DNA of 63,134 nucleotides, filler included, from Rhabdomonas costata (lineage: Eukaryota): assembly GCA_019059605.1 (NCBI GenBank). It is 53 parts of 53 records of this genome, joined end to end, with 100 filler letters (N's around TTAATTAATTAA, not from the genome) between each part and the next. Parts side by side here need not be neighbours in the genome. Positions count along the whole stretch, not along the records: positions 11,938 to 13,030 come from JAHMHO010028970.1; positions 13,131 to 14,223 come from JAHMHO010028971.1; positions 14,324 to 15,416 come from JAHMHO010028972.1; positions 15,517 to 16,609 come from JAHMHO010028973.1; positions 16,710 to 17,803 come from JAHMHO010028974.1; positions 17,904 to 18,996 come from JAHMHO010028975.1; positions 19,097 to 20,190 come from JAHMHO010028976.1; positions 20,291 to 21,383 come from JAHMHO010028977.1; 45 more parts are not named here. One strand, given 5' to 3'. Of the stretch, positions 12,057-24,236 are shown in pieces. Both the position numbers and the translations under genes were made by a program. Position 1 is the stretch's first letter; every line of letters starts with the position of its first letter. The notes beneath the pieces were generated by a model. It had not been told where the DNA came from, searched no databases, and saw nothing but the letters and a program-made list of their open reading frames with translations.

Positions 12057-12747
12057 GTGGACAAGCACACGGGGTACCGCACGCGCTCCCTGCTGTGCAT
12101 GCCCGTGAATTGCGAGGGCCAGACCGTGGCTGTCGCGGAGCTGGTGAACAAGGCCGGAGGGCCGTGCTTCACAAAGGAGGACGAGGAGACCTTCGAGACC
12201 TTCGCCACCTTCGCCGGCTTGTGCCTCCGCACCTGCAAGCAGTTCCAGAGGCTCGCCAAGGTGTCCCCCACGTTTGCCTCTGGGATGGGAGCGGAGCGCA
12301 TAGGGGCCGTATGAGGTGGATTGGCTCTCCTCAAGTTGGGATGCGGATGAAGCACTCTTATAGCCCAACGCAGCGTGTCTGGTTTGAGGGATGACACAAC
12401 TCTGCTGATGATATGGCAGAGTAGTCGTTGTGAAAAGTTATGTATGACCTTCCTTACATCTGGATCGCCTGTCCGTGAAACCACAACTGTGCGGCAAATT
12501 CTGCTTTCCACTTAGTCCGTTCCGTGATTGAAGTTAAAAATTGAAAAAACGGTTACACACACCGGCTGCGCATCTAATGGAATGGCGTTGTAGGTGCACT
12601 TCCTTCCCTTCAGATGGAGCAGCAGCAGCAAGTCCTGGTCAGTGTGCTGGGCAAGCTGGCCAGTGCTGATGTCCGCGACACCAACGCAGTGATCAGCAGC
12701 ATCAACGAGAGTGCCGCACAACTGCTCAAGGCGGACCGATGCACCCT
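12057..12747 (+). CDS. Tandem-GAF cyclic nucleotide phosphodiesterase (PDEB-like), exons 12057-12260 and 12614-12747
   Basis: VDKHTGYRTRSLLCMPV...VAELVNK...FTKEDEETF is the GAF NKFDE motif. The spliced continuation LASADVRDTNAVISSINESAAQLLKADRCTL starts a second GAF. Boundaries are GT-AG and in phase. Confidence 0.85.
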
Positions 12748-14581
12748 GTATCTTCTTTTCAACTCCTCTGCCTTTTCGGTCGTTAGCGTGAAGGCTTTCC
12801 AAACCTCGCGTTATGTACAGGGTGCAGATACCATGCGTTTGCCACAAATTGACGCAATGTACTGCCTACGTTCGGCCTCCCATAATTCCGTATGCCCTTC
12901 TTAGTTTTTCGGTTTCTGGTTTGTAGAATGTTGACATGCCGGTTGGTTTGGTGATTGGCTGCATGGAAAAGGTTTCCCTGTTCCCAGTGCTCTTGGACCA
13001 TCCAGAGCTAAATATTGCCCAGCTTTTTTGNNNNNNNNNNNNNNNNNNNNNNNNNNNNNNNNNNNNNNNNNNNNTTAATTAATTAANNNNNNNNNNNNNN
13101 NNNNNNNNNNNNNNNNNNNNNNNNNNNNNNTGAAGCATCTGGGGTGGAGCACCAAAAACAACAATTTGCACGAAGGAATACGAGATCTGAGGGGGATATG
13201 TGGAAGGGAGGGAGAACTAGTGGCAGGAATGGGACCTGTGGGACCTGTGGCGGATGTAACGGATGCGGGCATTGGATGGCTCCTGCTCAACACAAACCCA
13301 AACACAGAGAGCAGTCCTCTTATTTTTCCCTGTTTTGCAATCCCTTCTTTCCTTTTCCAGTTTCACTCAGTTTTTTCTTGTTGCATGCGAAGTTTTCCAT
13401 GACCAGTGCGAAACAAATTTCTTCTTTCTTTCTTTCTTTCTTTCTACAATTCACAGCTAGAATCCGTCCCACCCCTGGGATACGCGCCATGCTGCTGCAG
13501 AAAAGGCAGAGGAGTGTTGTAGTCGTGCTGTTGGGTCCGATAGTGGCGTCAGGGATTTGGCACGTTGGGATTGTTGGTGGTGTTGGGCTCTGGGGTTGTA
13601 CTGTCGATGTTCGTTGGGTTGTGTGCTATAGCGTTGATAGTGGTTATTGGTACTGTTTCTTGGACTTGGAGTGTGGTTGTTGGCTCATGTGGTGATATGC
13701 TTCAAATTATCAGCTTTGTCCGTAAAGAGCAGAGACTGCAGAAGGAGGGACTTTCCCAATGAAATGGGGAACCACCCACGACGCAAACCCAACATTAACA
13801 TCCCAACCACCACCACTTTTCTTAGTTATTCAAAAAAATCATTGTTACATTTTAACTGGGACAACTGGTTCAACCAGCATCAACCACCGTAACACCACCC
13901 TCAGAGAAAGAAACAAGTACCGCAATAACAACAAAAGCATCAAGGGACACATCGCAAGGCAAGACAACACCACCAACCCTACCAATCCAGAGACGCGAAT
14001 TCCACGCCTAAATACCAAAGCGAGAAACGCTCGAACCCGAGTTCAGAGATGACCAAATACAAGAAGCACCTACCCACTAGATAACACAACTCAGCCCCAA
14101 CCCTACTGTAAGCCCGGCACCCAACGCAGCAATCATGACCCCAACCAGCAAAACCCGTAAAATCAAATTATGAAACCTGAAAAAACCAACGCGAGAAATT
14201 CAAAGCCGGAAACACCACCCACANNNNNNNNNNNNNNNNNNNNNNNNNNNNNNNNNNNNNNNNNNNNTTAATTAATTAANNNNNNNNNNNNNNNNNNNNN
14301 NNNNNNNNNNNNNNNNNNNNNNNTGTTGTGAGTCAACAACTGTGTGGTAGGGGCGCTCTCCCGGAGGCCCTTCGCCATCCTAAACACACACATATACACT
14401 GTTTCTGCGCACCTACCACACAGTTGTTGACTCACAGCACACATGCGCACCAATCGTGGGAATCAATGACCCAATGGCACCAGAGCTCCAAGGACTCATT
14501 TGTCGGGCACTGCGAGCATCACGGAGGGCATGAAGTAAGCACGCCAACCGAAAGGGGGTAAAGCGGCAGACGAAGAGGCAC

Positions 14582-15043
14582 CTCCAGCCCAAACTTCCGC
14601 TTGTAGCCCAGCCGCACGATGATGGGTTCGACAGTGCCCGGCATCGGCTTGCCGTTGAGATTCTCAATGGCGGCTACAGCTTCCTACAAGCCCAAAAACG
14701 CGGAAAGAAGCATGAAACAAAGCAGGAATATCTTCATTTCACTGTTTCGTAGCGTTGCAAAGAGCTGTGGAGAACACACACAATGGATGGCCTCTACTCT
14801 GACTGTACGTCAAAGTTCACGCGATGTTTCATGAAGAGCAGGACACACGTTCGAGGCCGTGAATCGGGGGGGGGGCACCTCTGGGTTCTGAAACTTCACA
14901 AATGCACAGCGGTCGGCAGTGATGCTTGACTGCTTCAGCAGCACGATCTCCAGGATCTCCCCAAAAGGCTCGAAGTGCTTCCACAAGTCATCCTCCGTGG
15001 TCTTGCAGTTGAGGTTACCCACAAAGAGCTTGTTGTTGAAGTA
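14582..15043 (-). CDS. RRM RNA-binding protein (CELF/FCA-like RRM), exons 15043-14879 and 14683-14582
   Basis: KLFVGNL (RNP2), RCAFVKF (RNP1), then EAVAAIENLNGKPMPGTVEPIIVRLG after splicing. Confidence 0.85.
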
Positions 15044-15163
15044 CTGCGCAGAAAGGCATTGTCACACCGAGGCAGCCAATACGATTTTTTATCACAAATG
15101 GGGGGCGGAGGTGAAAATGAGGTGACATGGGCATGACTCAATAATACGAACCTCCATACAAAC

Positions 15164-15416
15164 GCAAGCAACTTCCCCGTTTGGACAACCAGCATCGGAA
15201 AAGTATGAAGAATTATCCGTCGAGTGAGAGGGCAGATAAACAGGCCAGGACTTTCACCGTTCGTGACAACATGAGACTCCAAAACTATTAGTGTCACAGA
15301 GAAAGCAGAATGCGATTTCGACCGGGACGGTAGGTGCCCCTTCAATAAAAGAGCATCAGGACTCAGGCAAGCAACTTCCCCGTTTGGACAACCAGCATCG
15401 GAAAAGTATGAAGAAT
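15164..15416. repeat. 50-bp exact direct repeat (15164-15213, 15367-15416)
   Basis: GCAAGCAACTTCCCCGTTTGGACAACCAGCATCGGAAAAGTATGAAGAAT occurs twice; the second copy ends at the contig end. Confidence 0.9.
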
Positions 15417-15516
15417 NNNNNNNNNNNNNNNNNNNNNNNNNNNNNNNNNNNNNNNNNNNNTTAATTAATTAANNNNNNNNNNNNNNNNNNNNNNNNNNNN
15501 NNNNNNNNNNNNNNNN

Positions 15517-16536
15517 GCAGGAGAGAGCAGGTGACGCGTCTCCATAATGGTCTGCTTGGGCTTGGTGTTGGTCTCCCCATCCAGGTTGGACTGAACGCGG
15601 CGGAAGGTCAAAAGGAAGAAGAAGACCAGAAAGAAGCAAGCGGGGGGGGGGGGCTTCGGAACCCTTGGAAGACATATGCCATGGAGGAGCACCCCCCATC
15701 GCAGTTGCTGGCGCCACCGCTGTGAACATTCCAACTGAGCACATGGTCTTCCACCTTTAAGCAACCAAACCTTCACATCATCCCCAATTGTTGGCTATAA
15801 CTGTATGCCGTATGACAGTATGTAGGTAAGTGACATCAAAGGGACGTTCGCTCATCCCCTCATCCCAAGGTTCGCACAGAAGCCTCGACCCTGTTCTTTT
15901 TTTTCTTCGAATCATCATAATTCGGTCTAATCTCGAGCAAGCGATTTTAATTGCAAAGGGTTGTAAGGGGAGTTACGGAAACAGTGCCAGTGCAAAAGAA
16001 ATGAGCTTTTGGCATCAACGGGTTTGGGCGAGACTGGTCCATTGGCGGGCGTGGGTGGACCAGGGTGAGGGCATTGGCCGGACTCTGACCGGACTTTGGA
16101 AGGCTTTTTGAATTTTTGATGCAGGGCCTGACAGAATAAACCTTAACTGCCACCCTCCGCCCCCACCGAGTCTTCCACAGCAAATGAGATGTGCATACTG
16201 TGATGAAGCGGAGTCAAATTTATGCTACTTTTTAAAAGGGCAAGCCCCACAAGACCCCCACTTTCCCATCCAAATCCTCTTCTACCGATTTTTTTTATTG
16301 AATTTCCTTCTGCCAGAAACTTCACCTCCCTCCTCATCCCGAACGAGCAGACGAGCCCCCTCACCAGCGCAAAAAATGGGATACCGTCTCAATATAGCAG
16401 ATCCCGTCGTCCAGGGCGGACGACAGCACCACAATGTCCGCGACGACCTCGCGGTTGCGCTCCATCTTCACAATATCCCCAACCACCACCTCGTCGCTGC
16501 GGATCGTCAGCTCCGCGCCGTCCCGCACCACAATCA
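15517..16536 (-). CDS. P4-type ATPase (phospholipid flippase) actuator domain, exons 16536-16385 and 15590->15517
   Basis: VVVGDIVKM...VVADIVVLSSALDDGICYIET|SNLDGETNTKPKQ; the P4-specific DGET motif is rebuilt across a 794-nt GT-AG intron. Confidence 0.92.
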
Positions 16537-16709
16537 CTGCGGCCACCAACATCCCACCATCACACACACAGCAGTGTAACCCGTACTGTAATCAGCGCAC
16601 GGCGAATCTNNNNNNNNNNNNNNNNNNNNNNNNNNNNNNNNNNNNNNNNNNNNTTAATTAATTAANNNNNNNNNNNNNNNNNNNNNNNNNNNNNNNNNNN
16701 NNNNNNNNN

Positions 16710-17270
16710 GGTGTCAGGAACGCTGCAGCCAGTCGCTGGACTCAGCCGCATTGACAAGTTCAACGATAGGCTCATCCCATCACCTGCTGAGATTTGCGGA
16801 GGCTCATGGAAGACAATCCAGTTTGTACCTGCAGAAATCCGCCCTGACTGGGTAAATATTATGACCACAACGCTCACCAAACTGTCGCTATTTCCTTCGG
16901 AGACTTCCATGGCTGCCGTCTTTTTTGCAACAAAAGCACTACTCGCGGCTCCGAGAAGAGGCGGCCGGGCAAGACAAGAGGCAGTCAGCCGAACCATGCG
17001 GGCCCGCATCAGACTGGAACGCTGGCCAATTTGTGGATCTCTTGGCATAATCGGGAACAACATCAATCAAAACCAAAGCGCCAACGTCCCGATAAACAGT
17101 CGGTCGGACTTACACCAAGAGATGCTAAACGAATTGCATGGCTTGCCTACATGGACCGTCACTCACAGGCAACCGCAAAGCTGAGTTCTCGTGGTATTGC
17201 AGAGCGCACTGTTGAGAACCACGCTTGGATAAACAAACTGTTCCAGCCTGCCACAGCGAGTGGACACGAG
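16710..17270 (+). mobile_element. Degenerate CRE-like non-LTR retrotransposon, region upstream of the RT core (frameshifted)
   Basis: ...FFATKALLAAPRRGGRAR...RARI and, in another frame, KRIAWLAYMDRHSQATAKLSSRGIAERT...INKLFQP resemble the pre-RT 'K..L..P.RGG' and 'A...L.S.GIA' blocks of CRE-clade elements. Confidence 0.6.
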
Positions 17271-17923
17271 CCTCCTTACTTCTCAGCGGTGGTAATGTTT
17301 TCCTTGCTTTATTATTCCCATTTTCACAAAATCCCAAAGTACAACCGGGGTCTCGGAATCTGCCGGTGTGCTTTTCTTTTCATGTGAGTCCTACCCTATT
17401 TTTTCAGTGGTGAACGTGCCGTGTGAACTTTGGTTCCATACCTGTAAACTTTCCATGGTTTAAAACGGTTCTTTGGGCCATTTTATTCATTAGAGCATTT
17501 TCGGAAAGCCAAAAAGACACAATCAGAAAGACGCAATCGGGAAGAATCCGCAATTCGTCCCAGATATTTTCAATCCAAAATCACGACTCTCTGACGATTC
17601 ATTCTCGAATGCCATTGTCTAATCTTAAGCGCTCGCACAAAAACATGGCATCTGTAAAATCTTAGTCGAAAGCGGTGTCAATGGAATGGTATTTGGACAC
17701 AAATGGTTAAATCGTTGTTTCTAGGCTCTCTTTGGAACCAATGTAAAGAAATAATTCGGAAAAGAGATTGCAAATTATTTCTTTACATTGGTTCCAAAAA
17801 CAANNNNNNNNNNNNNNNNNNNNNNNNNNNNNNNNNNNNNNNNNNNNTTAATTAATTAANNNNNNNNNNNNNNNNNNNNNNNNNNNNNNNNNNNNNNNNN
17901 NNNTGTGTGGGGGCCTTCTCCAG

Positions 17924-18520
17924 AGACACGTCAGCCCATTCTGGGAGGCCCAGGACGGCCAGAACGTGTCTCTGGAGAAGGCCCCTACACCGCGGGTGAT
18001 CAAGACCCACGCCCCGCTTTCGTTGCTGCCCACTCTGAAGGACCCCGCGGTGAAGCACATCTACGTCTTCCGCGACCCCAGGGACGTTGTGGTCAGCTTC
18101 TACGAGCACACCCTACTGACACGGCAGCTGCAGTTTGACCAGAGCTTCGACGAGTTCTTCGCGAAGTTCGTCTCTGGTCCGACACCACAGAACTTTTTTG
18201 ACACCACAGAACTGGACCGAAGCTGCCACAGAGCTGTCATGAACGTAAGAATTTTTTTCGAGCCCGCAATGATATCACATTCGGGTTTGGTTGTACCCGA
18301 TTTAATGTGGTTTGGTTCAATTTGGTCCAATGGACGATCGGATGCCCGGTACTCACTAAGGTGGGCGGTTTTTCTGGTGTTGTCATCAAATACAGGGCAG
18401 CTATTCTATGGCTCTTGGTTCGACCATGTCATGGACGCCGTGCAGCACAAGAGCAGCCCCAACGTGCTTTTGGTGTACTACGAGGATATGATCAAGAACC
18501 TGGACCCCATACTGAAGCAA
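17924..18520 (+). CDS. Cytosolic-type (aryl) sulfotransferase, exons ~17924-18176 and 18396-18520
   Basis: PRVIKTHAP, KHIYVFRDPRDVVVSFY (3'-PB motif), YGSWFDHV, VLLVYYEDM. Confidence 0.92.
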
Positions 18521-19829
18521 GTCCTTAGCTTCACTGGGTGTGGTCTTGATTATGCCTTTTCTTTTTACAATCGTCTGGTTTGGGACCCCCTACTCTTTCC
18601 AGGTTTTTTGAACCCTTCAAATATCGCTGGATCGCGTCTTTAGTGGATATCCGATAGGTTTGTAGAAGGGGGCGATGGGTGTTTTTCCTCCTTCAAAGGC
18701 CAAAATACACTTGATGATAAGCAAACGTCCCGATGGCCTCGTACAAGCGCCGTTCAGTGCCCGTGCAAATGCTGGTCTCCCCGAGCTGCATCCTCCTGGG
18801 TCCGAATAGCTGCGTACGGTGAAAAAGAAAAAGACTGGCCCTGCAAAAGCCGGCTATGACTGCAAAGCTGTGACACTCCGGAACAGTCTGCTGGAAAAAA
18901 AGGAAATAATGCCCGCAAGGGTGGGCGTGCACCCACACCCTCTCTTGCGCAAGTGGGAGTCATCTGGGGCTCCCAGCAATACCCCACCCCCCCCCANNNN
19001 NNNNNNNNNNNNNNNNNNNNNNNNNNNNNNNNNNNNNNNNTTAATTAATTAANNNNNNNNNNNNNNNNNNNNNNNNNNNNNNNNNNNNNNNNNNNNGGGT
19101 GGGTGTTCCTCCACCGGAAGCCGCACAGGGCGGCGTGGGCATCCATCAAGCGGTGGTTCCAGAGGGCTCTCTCCAGAGTCCAGACTGCTTGTATTTCGGT
19201 GTCCTGTCGCAAATAGGATGACAGGAGAGAAGGGCCAGATCGCGACAGAATGCGCAGCTGAAAGCAAAGATCTCGTCCAAGGATTTCAAAGGGTTCAAGG
19301 ATCCCTCAAAAATAGTAACACCGTCCGCGTCAGAGCGGACACCGGCTGTCAGACTGAGCGGTACAAATAATGGCGAAACTGTTTCTGTAATGCGACACGC
19401 ACTCGTAAATAATGGATATTGGATAATGAACTTCATTTCATATCCAGAAGCATTCGAAGTTTGCACTGCAAACGAAAAAATCACGTGCCCGCAGATGAAC
19501 TGTGCATCTGTCTGTAAGAGCTGTTGTCTCGCTATTGCTTCACAATGCGGTCCTCTGTTGCTGCAGTGACGTGATGTGTTATCCATCAAATTTCCTTGAA
19601 GAGGCTCCCGATTATTCGCCTCCCAGGGCAACGTCCCCACCCGCCCCCCTGCTTGCGTTTGCTATCAACTGTTGTCAGCCTCATGGTTTTTTTGTCGTCG
19701 CCATCGTTTGGGATCTCGGTGAGGCGGTGTTGTCTTTTTGCCGTCATCACAGAGGGGGGGGCGGACCATGGTGCGACTATCCAACCAGCACAAAAAGTTT
19801 TGGACAAAGGAACAAATCAGCAAGTAAAC

Positions 19830-20099
19830 CTTCTGTATAGTTTCCGGAAGGCGCCGGTAAAGAAAACGGGCATTGTCAATGTCACTGGAGATCAAGTACA
19901 ACAACATGAAGTCTGCGTAGAAACCCACATCGAGTTGACCGGAAGTAGCCTAAAAACCAGAGTAGACAAAGAAAAGAACAAACAAAAAACAAGAACTGCG
20001 ACGGACAGGCAACAAGAAGGAATGCATACCCCAAGCTCCCGCTCCTCGCAAAGCTCCACCAAACCCTTGAGCTGCTTCTCGTGTAGCAGGCGATCGAAC
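19830..20099 (-). CDS. COPS8: COP9 signalosome subunit 8, exons 20099-20030 and 19949-19830
   Basis: LVELCEERELG|ATSGQLDVGFYADFMLLYLISSDIDNARFLYRRLPETIQK matches the CSN8 N-terminal pattern (CE..EL...Y..LL.YL...D..NAR.L..R.P). Confidence 0.8.
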
Positions 20100-21646
20100 C
20101 TGAGTGTGTGTGTGTGTGGATGGGCACGGCGCACACTCTCACCCCAATGCCCGTCGTGTCGTCCAGCACGAACAGCAGCACCCCCAACACNNNNNNNNNN
20201 NNNNNNNNNNNNNNNNNNNNNNNNNNNNNNNNNNTTAATTAATTAANNNNNNNNNNNNNNNNNNNNNNNNNNNNNNNNNNNNNNNNNNNNGCTGACCCAT
20301 TCCAAAAAAGGTCTCCTGAACTCCATGTTCAGAAATTTGTGACTCAAAGGCTAATTTACACCACCTGCACTCTATCATAAAACTCAGCTCACCTATTATA
20401 TAAAGGCAGAAACAAAACGAAAGCAATTTTGACTGTGCGTTGCAATGGATTGAAACCCAAAACGGTGCCAACATTTGAAGAATAATGATATGCACAATGG
20501 TTTGGGGAAGCACTAAAGATATGTGGACAGTGGGTGGGTGCAAGGGTAAAATCTAAATCCTCACCTTCTAACCCTTAGCGCCTCTCCTAGGAAATTTCCT
20601 GGACCTCGGTAGTTACAAACACCATCCATCGGGTGTCCAAAAAATGTACCGGCGGCCCGAATTAATGATGGTGCCAGATGATGGAAAATGAGTCGCGTCG
20701 AGTTTAGGGAAGGAGAACTCATTCCTTCAGTCAAAAATCGCGCACTTGAGACATTTCAGAGTCAGCGCAATCCACGCTGGTGGCGTTGCTCGGCCGATGA
20801 CACATGCAAATGCAAAACACCATCATGCCCGCAGGCTCCGTTGCCACCACAAATCTGGAAGTGAGAGGCACCAGAAACGTGAGTTCACACTGTCATTTGC
20901 AACTGCACCGGGAGAAGCACGCACAAATTGAGAAGGATGCAGCAGCACAACAATTTCAAAAAAGGCTTCGCACAAGGGATGACGCTTCGCTCCAACTGTC
21001 AACACCGACGTGCTCCAAACGCCCCTCCCATCCCTGCTATCCACGAATCGACTGTGTCTTTCTGATTCACCATGTGAGTATGGTGCGCTTCGAGGAAAAG
21101 ACGTCCAGCGATGACATAGTGAGCAGTGATAGTGAGGAAATGCTGCAGCAAAGCTTCGCGGGCGCCTACCTGCCGTGTCCCTCGAACGGATGCGCACAAA
21201 CACTGGTGTGAAAACCTCCACTCATACAATTGACAACCAGTGGTAAAAAAAAGTCCACGAAAACTTACATCCAAGGGGAACCTAAAACGTAACCAATCCC
21301 CCAGGCCCCGCTTCTTCGGGAAATCTTTGACCCGTAGCGTACTAGCCCCGGTGCAAAAAGACGCGAGGAAATGAACCCCCCACNNNNNNNNNNNNNNNNN
21401 NNNNNNNNNNNNNNNNNNNNNNNNNNNTTAATTAATTAANNNNNNNNNNNNNNNNNNNNNNNNNNNNNNNNNNNNNNNNNNNNGGTGTGCCGCTCTTTGG
21501 CTTGGATCTTGGCGCTTTCGATGAGCGAGTGTCTTATCTTCCTTTCCAGTTGACGAAGAAAGGTTTTTCGATGTCGTTTGAAATGTCTTATGTACTTCGA
21601 TGGAGGCTGAAAAGGCGTGCGGATGCGCCTCCCCGTCACCTCGCAG

Positions 21647-22358
21647 ATATCTTGGATGCTGATGGGGAGAAGAGCTACCCCATCGTGGCCTTTTCCAGCT
21701 TTGTTGTCCCCAAGGCTTTGGTGGCCACGCCCGAGGCCTGCGCCGCGCTGAACGCCACGCTGAGCTTTATTCACTGGGCCTCAACTGATCCCGGCATGCT
21801 GGCGATGGTATGCTGGGGGAATCCGCGCACTCATCACTACTACTACTGCCGCTGACCGAGGGTTGATGTGAGGTGGTGCCCAACGACAATATTTTGCCCG
21901 CCCCAAGCTTGCGTACTGGTGAAAATACCAGCAGCGATCAGTAACGTATGTATATGACTTTTGACATCGTCCATGATAAATCTTTGAACCTTAGATCACC
22001 TCCTCACAGGCTTCAGCCCGCACACCGCTCTCTGCCTGCGTGCACAGTGGTGCAGTTGGGTTCTTGGATTTCGCCATTGTCCGGTAATTTGCGTGTCCAT
22101 CGTTCCACTCGTTTACTCTCCGCGTGCACACCCGGCCTTCCCACCCACAGGTGCAGGCCAACAACTACATTCCGGCGTTTCCTCCGGCCGATTCTCGGGT
22201 GGTGGAGGCGCTGGCGAACATTAGGTGTAACGGGGTGGTGCTGCAGCCCCTGCCCGTCGTCGTGCCCCCGGCCTCCCCGGCCTTCAACCCGATCCCTGTG
22301 GTGATCCCCGTGGTGGCGTTGCGTTGATCGCGGCTGTGGTGGCTGTAGTCATCTTCCG
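21647..22358 (+). CDS. Membrane protein with PstS-like (type 2 periplasmic-binding) domain C-terminus followed by a TM helix; exons 21647-21807 and 22151-22358 (apparent 1-nt frameshift near 22318)
   Basis: DADGEKSYPIVAFSSFVV...LSFIHWASTDP...NYIP resembles the PstS C-lobe (A/S)YPI...F..W...YxP. It continues LANIRCNG, a Pro-rich stalk and a hydrophobic VIPVV..VALIAAVVAVVIFR segment. Confidence 0.65.
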
Positions 22359-23605
22359 GTATGTGCATGCATGCGTGCGTGCGTAGTTCACTGAAATTCC
22401 TCGGTTTGGGCAGAGCGGAACCCATGGGAACCCCCGGCTCCGCTATTGGATTGAGCACATAGTTGCTACCAAGTTTATGGTGATGTATGGTTGGAAATCC
22501 ACCGGAACTGCAAAAAGTTGGACATGCGGGCCGAGCTTAAGCATAGGGCATAGGCTACTGAATGGTACCCCAAACCNNNNNNNNNNNNNNNNNNNNNNNN
22601 NNNNNNNNNNNNNNNNNNNNTTAATTAATTAANNNNNNNNNNNNNNNNNNNNNNNNNNNNNNNNNNNNNNNNNNNNTGGTGTGAACGTGCTAGCTCATCC
22701 GGCAAGAGCGGGAGCTTCGCCGGATGAGCTAGCACGTTCACTCCTCCACGTTTCCAACCGTGTCAGTCATCCCGTAGCCACTCATGTCTTTGTCTGTGTG
22801 CATGGTAGTGCGCGAAGGGAACGGTCTTTGAACCTGCAATGTTTCTTTTTTGTAAAGTAGCGTCTCTCTCATTCAATGTGTGTGTCTTGTTTGCTGGTGG
22901 CGGTATGGTCCCTGTGGTCTCTTATGAAGACCGTTCACTGGTCTGGTACCTGGATGTGAGATGTCAACTTTCTCTTTGCCGATGTTTTTAATGCGATAGC
23001 TTTTGAGGAGAAGTAATTCAAATTACTTCCTCGAATCATGCTATCTTGAACACTGAAGGGCTCGGCTCAGAACCGTTTTCGGCCTGCAGCATGCAGGAAC
23101 ACGTGAGCGGAGACGGGTAAGTTTTTGTTTTGCATGATTAAATGACCAAGTGAACATTTACCACGTTAACCACTAAAGGGCCTTGGAGTAGAACTTTCCA
23201 GCTGTGGTCCAACTTAATTTCGCATTTCTGCCCGTGGGATCAAAATGACATGCCTCCATCCTCACCGTGAAACTTGCTCTGTTCCCCTGAGGGGCTCTCG
23301 ATTACACCTACCTTCATATGTGCGCTGTACCCCTTGTTCTTGAAGTGCTTGGTTTCGGTGATGGGGTGAAAATAAGCCTTTGCTTCTTATTGCAGCATAT
23401 CTCCCTCTCTCTCTCTCTCTCTCTCTCTTGCTGTTCATTCCTCCCCCTTCCGAATCACCTTTCCCTTGGTTGTCCCAAATTTAGAGTGGATGCCCCTTTG
23501 CTGTGCGCCAGCTCGGCACCCCCGAGTCCTTCACTCTAGCCGCCCCTTTTGCCTCCTTTCCTCTATCACGAGGAGATGACACCTCTCTGACACTGCAACC
23601 TTCCA

Positions 23606-23769
23606 ATGACGCGCAACTCTGTGCTGATTGTGGCCGTGGGGGTGCTGTGTGGGCTGGTGTTGACCAGCTCCATGGCGGCCTTGAGCCGCCGAAGCCGGCG
23701 CTCCCAGGCCCTGCAGTGGGGCCCGCCCTCCCACTCCAAGGCTCCTCCAGCCCACCACGACACCACCAC
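23606..23769 (+). CDS. N-terminus of a signal-anchored or secreted protein (partial, unknown family)
   Basis: MTRNSVLIVAVGVLCGLVLTSSMAAL hydrophobic N-terminus, GC-rich codons, pyrimidine-rich upstream region. Confidence 0.4.
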
Positions 23770-24236
23770 NNNNNNNNNNNNNNNNNNNNNNNNNNNNNNN
23801 NNNNNNNNNNNNNTTAATTAATTAANNNNNNNNNNNNNNNNNNNNNNNNNNNNNNNNNNNNNNNNNNNNACCGCTTTTTTTTTTTTTGCAAAGCGTTGTC
23901 GCCAGTCTTCTGCATCTGCATAGTGCCACCGTAGTGTAACCCTATCGCCTGGGTGGGCGTGGGACATGCTGTGATCGCATTTGGCTGAGATTCAAAAGAA
24001 AATTCGCTCGAGTGAATTCCCCCGTACCCGGACCATATTTGATATCCTGAAGCGATCAGTGGCCTTAGTGAGATTTTTTTTGGCGGCGCGTTTCTCTTGT
24101 GACGCTTGGTGAACGGTTAAAAACGAGATTCCTGCGGCATCGACAAAAAACTCTATGAGTTGTACAGTTTACCTCGAAACCTGGAGCATTGACCCTCTTC
24201 AAGTTCCAGAGAGCAAAAATAAAATAAATGTTGTGC

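Noticed and set aside
15164..15416. 50-bp direct repeat as an LTR or att-site pair
   Set aside because: The second copy is cut by the contig end, with no TG..CA ends or TSD; more likely a tandem unit or assembly overlap.
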